This document shows positions 7,760-14,908 of a stretch of 20,000 nt of DNA, one piece after another. Numbering within the stretch: position 1 is the stretch's first letter; each line of letters starts with the position of its first letter. The notes under the pieces were generated by a model. The model was not told the origin of the DNA. It did not search any database and saw nothing but the letters and a program-made list of their open reading frames with translations. Source of the stretch: an uncultured virus (IMG/VR IMGVR_UViG_3300012665_000858) (taxonomy: Duplodnaviria > Heunggongvirae > Uroviricota > Caudoviricetes); IMG/VR virus record IMGVR_UViG_3300012665_000858; one strand, 5' to 3'. Both the position numbers and the translations under genes were made by a program.

Positions 7760-8335
7760 ATGAATCACGCCTTTGTGTTAGGCAATGGTCGTAGCCGTAT
7801 GGCCATTGAACCTAACAGACTAAAAGCCCTCGGCAAATTATACGGCTGTAACGCACTGTACAGAGACTGTGACCCAGATTATCTAATAGCAGTAGATGCT
7901 AAAATGGTATTGGAAATCACAGATAAAGCAGTACATCGACGTATCCCAGTATGGACAAACGTCAATACAAAACTTAAAAATATCTACGATTTAAACTTCT
8001 TTAATCCAAGTAAAGGATGGAGTAGCGGCCCTACAGCACTATGGATGGCTAGTACACATGGATATGACACTATCTATATTCTAGGGTTTGACTATAAAGG
8101 AATCAACGACAAACTGAATAATGTTTATTCAGATACTCCTAACTATAGAAGAAGCACAGAGCCTGCTACGTTTCATGGAAACTGGCTACGACAAACCGAA
8201 TCTGTCATCAAAGAATTTCCTAACACTAAATACATTAGAATTACTGAACCTGGAGCATTAGAGTTCGGGTGGCAGAAATACAAGAATTATAGTACAATGA
8301 CGTATGAGGAATTTAAGTCTGTGATCTTTTACTAA
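7760..8335 (+). CDS. Maf/MptE(DUF115)-like or sialyltransferase-fold enzyme
   Basis: The motif series AFVLGNGRSR, LYGCNALY, PDYLIAVD, WSSGPTAL..A, GYDTIYILGFD matches the GNGPS / N / PD...D / SG / IYLLGFD pattern of this fold. The substrate is unknown. Confidence 0.65.
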   Translation: MNHAFVLGNGRSRMAIEPNRLKALGKLYGCNALYRDCDPDYLIAVDAKMVLEITDKAVHRRIPVWTNVNTKLKNIYDLNFFNPSKGWSSGPTALWMASTHGYDTIYILGFDYKGINDKLNNVYSDTPNYRRSTEPATFHGNWLRQTESVIKEFPNTKYIRITEPGALEFGWQKYKNYSTMTYEEFKSVIFY

Positions 8336-8349
8336 AATTTCGTATTTTG

Positions 8350-8372
8350 AACCGGTTTGCACCGGTTTTTTT
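8350..8372 (+). terminator. Intrinsic terminator
   Basis: AACCGGT-ttgc-ACCGGTT followed by a T-run, just after the stop at 8335. Confidence 0.8.
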
Positions 8373-8382
8373 ATGTACATAG

Positions 8383-8388
8383 TAAATA
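8383..8388 (+). promoter_or_regulatory. Late promoter TAAATA for the core/protease/scaffold/capsid operon
   Basis: Lies immediately after the terminator; AGGAGA SD at 8430-8435 precedes ATG 8441. Confidence 0.65.
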
Positions 8389-8440
8389 CATCGACAGCCT
8401 TGCGGGTGAATAACCCCATCACAAAACATAGGAGACATAT

Positions 8441-9229
8441 ATGACTGATCGCGCAAAGTTCGAGCAGATGCTTGAATATCTAATTAATGAAGACAAATCA
8501 AAAGCCGAAGAATTGTTCCACGAACTAGTGGTTGCAAAATCTCGCGAAATTTACGAAAACTTGTTGGACGATGACTTACAATTCGACCAACCAGCAGAAG
8601 AAGCATTTGGCCTAGAAGCCGCAGATGAGCCAGCAGATGACTTGCTAGGCGATATCGAAGCCGATGACGAAGAGTCAATGGACGGCATGGACGATATGGA
8701 AGGTGGCGATGAAGAGCCAGCAACTGTAGGCGACTTAGACCTAATGAAACAAGACATCATCGATGCACTAACCGCAGAATTTGAACAAATGATGGGTGGT
8801 GATAAGGGTGAAGAAGGTGGAGATGAATTCCCAGCAGGTGGATCAGAAGAAGGTCCAGAAGCACCTGAAGGCGAAGAAGAAGGCGAAGAAGAAGAAACTA
8901 AAGAAGACTTCGTTATGGAATATGTAGAAAAAGTGAGTGCTCCTAAAGGCGGCGACAACGGTGCAAACACTACGTCCACAGTAGCCAAGCCAAACAACAT
9001 GGGTGGCACAACTGCTAACATCGCTAAAGGCGGCGAAAGCAACAAGGGCGGAACACAAGGCGGATTGGCAAATCCAGCCACAAAGGATTTGAATTCTGGT
9101 AATGTAAACACACCAGGTTCAAAATCTGCAACAAAACTAAGTAGCGTAGCGAAAGGTCACGGAGCAGAGAAGAAAGGCGCAGGCGAAAGCGGTGCCGCTA
9201 CTAAAAGCATTATTGGTAGCAAAGGTTAA
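8441..9229 (+). CDS. Acidic low-complexity prohead core-like protein
   Basis: Strong SD. Located between portal and protease, where T4 has gp67/gp68. Very D/E-rich middle and G/K/S/T-rich C-terminus. Confidence 0.6.
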   Translation: MTDRAKFEQMLEYLINEDKSKAEELFHELVVAKSREIYENLLDDDLQFDQPAEEAFGLEAADEPADDLLGDIEADDEESMDGMDDMEGGDEEPATVGDLDLMKQDIIDALTAEFEQMMGGDKGEEGGDEFPAGGSEEGPEAPEGEEEGEEEETKEDFVMEYVEKVSAPKGGDNGANTTSTVAKPNNMGGTTANIAKGGESNKGGTQGGLANPATKDLNSGNVNTPGSKSATKLSSVAKGHGAEKKGAGESGAATKSIIGSKG

Positions 9230-9244
9230 TTAGGAACCGACTAG

Positions 9245-9877
9245 ATGAGTAATTTCTACTTACGCGAGAACCTAACATTCGATCAAGCCCGTATGGTTGT
9301 GGAATCTGATGGCGCCGATGGAAAAAACATGTACCTTAAAGGTATTTGTATCCAAGGCGGCATCAAAAACGCAAATCAGCGTGTGTATCCTGTGAGCGAA
9401 ATCGGCAGGGCTGTCAAAACACTAAACGACCAGATTACTGGTGGATATTCAGTTTTAGGCGAAGTAGATCATCCAGACGACTTAAAAATTAATCTAGATC
9501 GTGTAAGCCATATGATCACAGAAATGTGGATGGATGGTCCAAACGGTTACGGGAAGATGAAAGTTCTTCCAACACCAATGGGTAACTTAGTTCGCACTAT
9601 GTTAGAAAGCGGTGTTAAGTTAGGAGTTTCAAGTCGCGGATCCGGAAACGTCAAAGAAGACGGATCCGGTGAAGTGAGCGATTTTGAGATTATTACAGTT
9701 GATGTAGTAGCTCAACCGTCAGCCCCGGGTGCGTATCCAACGCCCATTTATGAGCATCTCATGAATACTAAGGGCGGATACAAGGCATTTTTAACAGCAC
9801 AAGAAGTTCAAGGCGACGCAAAGGCACAGAAATACCTAAAAGAAAGCCTATTAAAAATAATAGGCGGACTCCAATAA
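9245..9877 (+). CDS. gp21: Prohead protease, T4 gp21 family
   Basis: NANQRVYP, LGEVDHP (catalytic His), INLDRVSH, TPMG, LGVSSRGSG (catalytic Ser) and DVVAQPSAPGAY. Confidence 0.95.
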   Translation: MSNFYLRENLTFDQARMVVESDGADGKNMYLKGICIQGGIKNANQRVYPVSEIGRAVKTLNDQITGGYSVLGEVDHPDDLKINLDRVSHMITEMWMDGPNGYGKMKVLPTPMGNLVRTMLESGVKLGVSSRGSGNVKEDGSGEVSDFEIITVDVVAQPSAPGAYPTPIYEHLMNTKGGYKAFLTAQEVQGDAKAQKYLKESLLKIIGGLQ

Positions 9878-9892
9878 CAAGGGAGAATCACA

Positions 9893-10984
9893 ATGTTGGA
9901 TGCACTTAAATCATTATTTGAAAACAACGTGATTTCCGAAGAAATCAGGGCAGACATCGAGTCTGCTTGGACTGCCAGAATCGCTGAAAATCGCGAACAG
10001 GCTACTCAACAACTACGCGAAGAATTCGCGCAAAAATACGAGCATGACAAAAATGTAATGGTCGATGCAATCAATAACATGATTGAAGATCGTTTATCTG
10101 TCGAAATCCAAGAGTTTACTGAAGATCGCGCACAGTTAGCGGAAGCGAAAGCTCGCTATGCTGTAGCAATTCGCGAGCATTCAAGCAAACTTAACGAGTT
10201 TGTATTAAATTCTCTTGCTAGAGAAATTTCCGAACTTCACGAAGATCAGAAAGTGATGGCTGAGAATTTTGGTATGTTGGAGCAGTTCGTAGTTGAAGCA
10301 TTGGCTAAGGAAATTGCAGACTTCTATGATGACAAGAAAGACTTGGCTGAAACCAAAGTACGTCTTGTTAAAGAAGCAAAAGAACAGTTTGCTCACTTAA
10401 AGAGCAAATTCGTAAAGACTTCAGCAGAATTAGTTGAATCTGTTGTAAAACAAGGTCTTGAGAAAGAAATTACACAACTCAAAGAAGATATCGACCAAGC
10501 TCGTCAAAACGACTTTGGACGTAAGATTTTTGAAGCGTTTACATCTGAATATCAGAACAGTTTGATGAATGAGAAATCTGAGACAAGCAAACTATTAAAA
10601 GTAATCGCAGAAAAAGAACAAAAACTCGCAGAAGCACAAAGCATTATTTCAGAAAAGCAACAGTTAGTTGAGAGCAGAGATCAAGAAATTGTTCGTGCTC
10701 AAGAAACTGCTGAACGCCGTGAAGTGATGGGTGAACTTCTAAATCCTCTAAACAAGGACCAACAAGAAATCATGAGCGAGTTACTAGAAAGTGTGCAAAC
10801 TGCAAGACTACGTACTAGTTTTGACAAGTACCTACCATCAGTATTAAGTGGTAGCACACCGGAGAAGAAGAAGGCTCTTGTAGAGGCAAAAGAAATCACA
10901 GGCAATAAAGAAACCCATAGCATTAGTAGTGCTAATAGCCAGGCCGATGTAATTGACATTCGTCGCCTTGCTGGATTAAAATAA
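9893..10984 (+). CDS. gp22: Prohead core scaffold protein, T4 gp22-like
   Basis: Long E/K-rich coiled coil between protease and capsid genes, with GRKIFEAF; GGGAGA SD. Confidence 0.8.
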   Translation: MLDALKSLFENNVISEEIRADIESAWTARIAENREQATQQLREEFAQKYEHDKNVMVDAINNMIEDRLSVEIQEFTEDRAQLAEAKARYAVAIREHSSKLNEFVLNSLAREISELHEDQKVMAENFGMLEQFVVEALAKEIADFYDDKKDLAETKVRLVKEAKEQFAHLKSKFVKTSAELVESVVKQGLEKEITQLKEDIDQARQNDFGRKIFEAFTSEYQNSLMNEKSETSKLLKVIAEKEQKLAEAQSIISEKQQLVESRDQEIVRAQETAERREVMGELLNPLNKDQQEIMSELLESVQTARLRTSFDKYLPSVLSGSTPEKKKALVEAKEITGNKETHSISSANSQADVIDIRRLAGLK

Positions 10985-10994
10985 GGAGAAATTT

Positions 10995-12170
10995 ATGTCA
11001 GAACTACTAGAAAGCCGCTGGCAAGAAACTAAAGAGGCACTATTAGAAGGCCTTCAAGGTACCAAGCGCTCAGTGATGGGAGTTACTTTAGAGAATACTC
11101 GTAAGTATCTTTCAGAATCTGCAAGCACAGGCGCCACTTCTGCCGGTAACGTTGCAACCCTAAATCGCGTGATCCTTCCAGTGATCAGACGTGTGATGCC
11201 TACGGTCATCGCTAATGAATTAGTTGGCGTACAGCCAATGACTGGTCCAGTTGGTCAAATCCATACATTACGTGTTCGCTACAGCGATACACTAAGTGGC
11301 TCATATGGTGCTACTGCTGGTGAAGAGGCTCTAAGCCCATTCAAAATTGCTGAAGGTTATTCAGCAAATAACGGCGGTGCAAAAACTGCTGCCGCAACTG
11401 CCGCATTAGAAGGCGTTGCTGGTAAGCGTATGAGCATCCAAATCTTGAAACAAACAGTTGAAGCCAAGACTCGTAAATTGTCTGCACGTTGGACATTCGA
11501 GGCTGCTCAAGATGCACAAGCCCAACAAGGTATTGACATCGAAGCAGAAATCATGGCTGCATTGGCTCAAGAAATTACTGCTGAAATCGACCAAGAAGTT
11601 CTAGGTTCCCTAGCAACTCTTGCAACATCTAACGGTAACAACCAAGCATTCGACCAGGCTACTGTTTCTGGTACAGCAACATTCGTTGGTGACGAGCATG
11701 CCGCTTTGGCAGTTCTAATCAACCGTGCGGCTAACGTGATCGCTCAGCGTACACGTCGTGGTGCTGGTAACTGGGCTGTTGTTAGTCCATACGCATTGAC
11801 AATCCTACAATCTGCTACTACAAGCGCATTTGCTCGTACAACAGAAGGTACATTCGAAGCACCTACAAACACTAAGTTTGTTGGTACATTGAACAATGCA
11901 ATGAAGATCTACGTTAACACATACGCTGGTGACAGCGATGCAGTGTTAGTTGGCTACAAAGGTTCTAGCGAATCTGATGCGGCTGCATTCTATTGCCCAT
12001 ACGTTCCATTGATGAGCAGTGGTGTTGTATTAGATCCAACATCTTTCGAACCAGTCGTATCATTTATGACACGTTATGGTTATGTAGAGTTGAACAACAC
12101 AGCGTCATCTCTTGGTAACGCCGCTGATTACTTAGGTACAGTTAGTATCGCTAACGCTACATTCCAGTAA
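10995..12170 (+). CDS. gp23: Major capsid protein, T4 gp23 family
   Basis: VIRRVMPTVIANELVGVQPMTGPVGQI, VEAKTRKLSARWTFEAAQD, EITAEIDQE, TRRGAGNW, FYCPYVPL and FMTRYG; AAGGAGA SD. Confidence 0.97.
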   Translation: MSELLESRWQETKEALLEGLQGTKRSVMGVTLENTRKYLSESASTGATSAGNVATLNRVILPVIRRVMPTVIANELVGVQPMTGPVGQIHTLRVRYSDTLSGSYGATAGEEALSPFKIAEGYSANNGGAKTAAATAALEGVAGKRMSIQILKQTVEAKTRKLSARWTFEAAQDAQAQQGIDIEAEIMAALAQEITAEIDQEVLGSLATLATSNGNNQAFDQATVSGTATFVGDEHAALAVLINRAANVIAQRTRRGAGNWAVVSPYALTILQSATTSAFARTTEGTFEAPTNTKFVGTLNNAMKIYVNTYAGDSDAVLVGYKGSSESDAAAFYCPYVPLMSSGVVLDPTSFEPVVSFMTRYGYVELNNTASSLGNAADYLGTVSIANATFQ

Positions 12171-12195
12171 TCAACACTTAACAAGTGTAATAAGG

Positions 12196-12224
12196 AAAGG
12201 ACTCTTCGGAGTCCTTTTTCTTTT
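12196..12224 (+). terminator. Intrinsic terminator with cUUCGg tetraloop
   Basis: AAAGGACTC-TTCG-GAGTCCTTT then TTCTTTT, downstream of the capsid gene. Confidence 0.9.
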
Positions 12225-12229
12225 GTGGC

Positions 12230-12235
12230 TAAATA
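12230..12235 (+). promoter_or_regulatory. Late promoter TAAATA
   Basis: cTAAATA directly after the capsid terminator. Confidence 0.6.
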
Positions 12236-12319
12236 CAATGTCTAAATTATATTCGCACAGTGCGAACTTATGCAGAATCCCTCTGCGTAGACCTAAAACG
12301 TCATATTAAGGAGAATCAA

Positions 12320-12742
12320 ATGGGACGTCCATTAAAGAAAGATGTATACGGTACTAAAGTTACCCGTTCATTCACTGGCGCACAAGCCGGTATTTTAGTT
12401 CAAGGTTATTTCGGTGGCTCATTAGCCAGCGATTATCAAATTGTTAAACAACGTGGCAAAAGCACATACGTTGTTATCAAATCATCAACAGACGAATTCA
12501 CAGAAGCAGAAAGCATTAGCTCTATTACTGGTACTAACTTAAAAGTTGGTAAATTAGTAGTAGGTGAGCCAGCAGCCAACGGTGAAATTCGTATTCTTGG
12601 ATCTACAACAGGTCAAACTCCAGGCACTACTGCTATTGCTAAGTTAACTAAGCGTCTTGCTTATGACTTCAGCGGAAACAAGTACAAGTGGTATTTAGAT
12701 AACGATTCGTCAGCAGACGTATTGGTATTAATTGCAGTTTAA
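12320..12742 (+). CDS. Hypothetical virion protein, 140 aa (possible head decoration/accessory protein)
   Basis: AAGGAGA SD at 12308-12314 favours ATG 12320 (MGRPLKK...) over GTG 12260. It has its own late promoter and follows the capsid gene. Confidence 0.7.
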   Translation: MGRPLKKDVYGTKVTRSFTGAQAGILVQGYFGGSLASDYQIVKQRGKSTYVVIKSSTDEFTEAESISSITGTNLKVGKLVVGEPAANGEIRILGSTTGQTPGTTAIAKLTKRLAYDFSGNKYKWYLDNDSSADVLVLIAV

Positions 12743-12743
12743 T

Positions 12744-12766
12744 ATAAAGGGCTTTGGCCCTTTATT
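12744..12766 (+). terminator. Intergenic hairpin (weak terminator or processing/stability element)
   Basis: ATAAAGGGC-tttg-GCCCTTTAT with only a short, interrupted U-tract. Confidence 0.5.
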
Positions 12767-12777
12767 AAGGATTTGAC

Positions 12778-13794
12778 ATGGCAAGAATAGTTAAAGTACA
12801 AGACGACGCTTACAAATTATCAGTTAACTCTGGCGGAACAATTACGCTGAACACTGGTAATCAAATCGGCACGGTTCTTGTTACAGGAGACCTAACGGTA
12901 CTGGGTAATACTACAAGCATACAGACGGCTAACGTTGAAATAGAAGATAAAATTATTCTATTAAACAGAGGAGAGTCTGGAGTTGGTATCAGTCCAACAG
13001 GCACTGGCAAGTCAGGTATTCAGATAGCCAGAGGATCAAGACCAGATGTATCCATACTGTTTGACGAGTCACGCAACTGGTTAGATACGCAAACTGGTAC
13101 GACACGAAGCGGGTTGTTTGTATTTAAAAACGAAAACGACGAACTAATGGGAGTTCAAACTAACTCCATTACCACAGACGGATACAACTTAAACTTGCTA
13201 GGTACAGGCACAGCAGTTGTTAATGTCACTGGTACAGTTGACTACGAACAACAAGTGTTAGATTATAGTGCGCCAGGACTTCCTCCGTTGGATCCAGACA
13301 TTATTCCTAACATACAAGCAGTAACAGACTACGTTGGCGCATATTTCACAATTAACCCTCCATTTAAGATTCAAGACAGTGCCATAGTTGACGGGCTTAC
13401 AGTTTTGTATGATTCTTATTTAGAAGTCAGTGACTTTGAAGCAGATGGTGGTCCAAGTAATTTAACATTGACACTGGATAATATTGTTAATGCGGCATGG
13501 TTTGTAGATAGATTTGAAGTACAAAATTTAAAGTTTTATAATGCTACTATTGAAAGTAGATTAAGTAACGAAGATTTAGTTTTGCGCAGTGATGGTACTG
13601 GATGTGTTGGAGTAGACGATCACTTTAAACTATACTTACAGACTGAAGATCCAGCAAGTGTAGCGGACGGTGTAAAACTTTATGCTAAGAATGAAGCCCA
13701 AGGAGGCACAGGTTTGTTTTTTGTAAATTCAGAAAATAAACAAGATGAATTAATAAGTAAACGTAAAGCAATCGTTTATAGTATGATATTTTAA
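12778..13794 (+). CDS. Virion structural protein, fibre/baseplate-associated type
   Basis: Beta-rich G/T/N sequence (VTGDLTVLGNTTSIQT..VEIEDKIILLN); shares the SNEDLVLRSDGTG module with the downstream large proteins. Confidence 0.65.
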   Translation: MARIVKVQDDAYKLSVNSGGTITLNTGNQIGTVLVTGDLTVLGNTTSIQTANVEIEDKIILLNRGESGVGISPTGTGKSGIQIARGSRPDVSILFDESRNWLDTQTGTTRSGLFVFKNENDELMGVQTNSITTDGYNLNLLGTGTAVVNVTGTVDYEQQVLDYSAPGLPPLDPDIIPNIQAVTDYVGAYFTINPPFKIQDSAIVDGLTVLYDSYLEVSDFEADGGPSNLTLTLDNIVNAAWFVDRFEVQNLKFYNATIESRLSNEDLVLRSDGTGCVGVDDHFKLYLQTEDPASVADGVKLYAKNEAQGGTGLFFVNSENKQDELISKRKAIVYSMIF

Positions 13795-13803
13795 GGATAG
13801 AAA

Positions 13804-14139
13804 ATGGCAATCACAAGCAATCTAATAACTACAGTGGGCAGTGCAATTTATACTGCTCCTGGAACTGTTGGCTCAGACGACAGAGAATATGCTGTGACCT
13901 GCATGATGTTTTGTAACTATTCCGCAGATGATGTTATTTTAAATCTTTGGTTGTTAGCACCTTTACCATCGAGTATTTCTAATACAACTAAAGTTATTCA
14001 TAACTTAACTATCCCAGCAGGCGAAACATTTACATTCGATACAGAGAAGATTGTGCTAGGTTCAGCAGAAAGAATTTGGGCAACAGCAGATGCAAATACA
14101 CGACTAAGTGTATCACTAACTTCAATGAGAGTAAGTTAA
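13804..14139 (+). CDS. Small hypothetical virion protein, 111 aa
   Basis: AAGGA SD, beta-strand pattern (LTIPAGETFTFD), in an operon with structural genes. Confidence 0.7.
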   Translation: MAITSNLITTVGSAIYTAPGTVGSDDREYAVTCMMFCNYSADDVILNLWLLAPLPSSISNTTKVIHNLTIPAGETFTFDTEKIVLGSAERIWATADANTRLSVSLTSMRVS

Positions 14140-14852
14140 TGAAGTTTTTAAAACGTAATCAATTAAACAGTCGTAATGTAAAGGATAATCGCATTGCGGT
14201 TGAAATTACAGACGAGGTTAAGTTAGATACTGAAAACGTATTACTAATTCCCAACGGACCTACTACTAGCCGTCCTGGTGAATCGGGTACATTGACCAGC
14301 CCAGTAGAAGGACACATTCGTTATAACACAACGGATCACGAATTTGAAGGACGTCAAGGCACACCCGATGCATGGCGTAAATTTAGATTTAAAGAGCCTG
14401 CACTAATTACACAGCAAAATTTAGGCAACGGCGATGCAGCCGAAATATATTTCGGACCACTAGACTCAGGCTACTCTGATTATCCATACCCAGAACTGAC
14501 AACTCCACAAAACTTATTTGTATTAATCGAAAACGTTTATCAAATTTCTACAACAAACTACACACTAGTTGATGCTCCTGTAAGCACTATATCTGTGGCA
14601 AAAACAGATGGTAATCCAACACTAATAACTTCAGAAGCCACCGACAGCATGGTAGGCGCTACTGTTACTGGTACAGGAATTTCAGGAACTGTAACAGGCG
14701 TGAGCCCAGGTGTAAGTTTAACATTAAATTCAAATGCCACAGGATCGGGAACTGTTAATGTTACTGTAACCCGTAGTGGTCGCTTTGTAGAGTTTACTAG
14801 TGCTGTACCTTACGGTAAACCAGTCACTGTCATTCACGGTTTCGACCGTTAA
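14139..14852 (+). CDS. Virion structural protein, 237 aa
   Basis: The TAATG stop/start overlap favours ATG 14139 over TTG 14076. It contains the IPNGPTTSRP...GHIRYNT..EFEG module also found in the 1139-aa protein. Confidence 0.7.
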   Translation: MKFLKRNQLNSRNVKDNRIAVEITDEVKLDTENVLLIPNGPTTSRPGESGTLTSPVEGHIRYNTTDHEFEGRQGTPDAWRKFRFKEPALITQQNLGNGDAAEIYFGPLDSGYSDYPYPELTTPQNLFVLIENVYQISTTNYTLVDAPVSTISVAKTDGNPTLITSEATDSMVGATVTGTGISGTVTGVSPGVSLTLNSNATGSGTVNVTVTRSGRFVEFTSAVPYGKPVTVIHGFDR

Positions 14853-14883
14853 CTACCCACAGTTTTAATACTTCATAATCCAA

Positions 14884-14889
14884 TAAATA
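14884..14889 (+). promoter_or_regulatory. Late promoter TAAATA
   Basis: aTAAATA followed by a GGAGA SD and ATG 14909. Confidence 0.6.
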
Positions 14890-14908
14890 TTGTTGGAGAC
14901 TTAATCAC

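Noticed and set aside
12238..12309. 23-aa upstream ORF MSKLYSHSANLCRIPLRRPKTSY as a leader peptide
   Set aside because: Its ATG is only 2 nt after the TAAATA box, probably upstream of the transcript start, and has no SD. The sequence is better explained by RNA structure.
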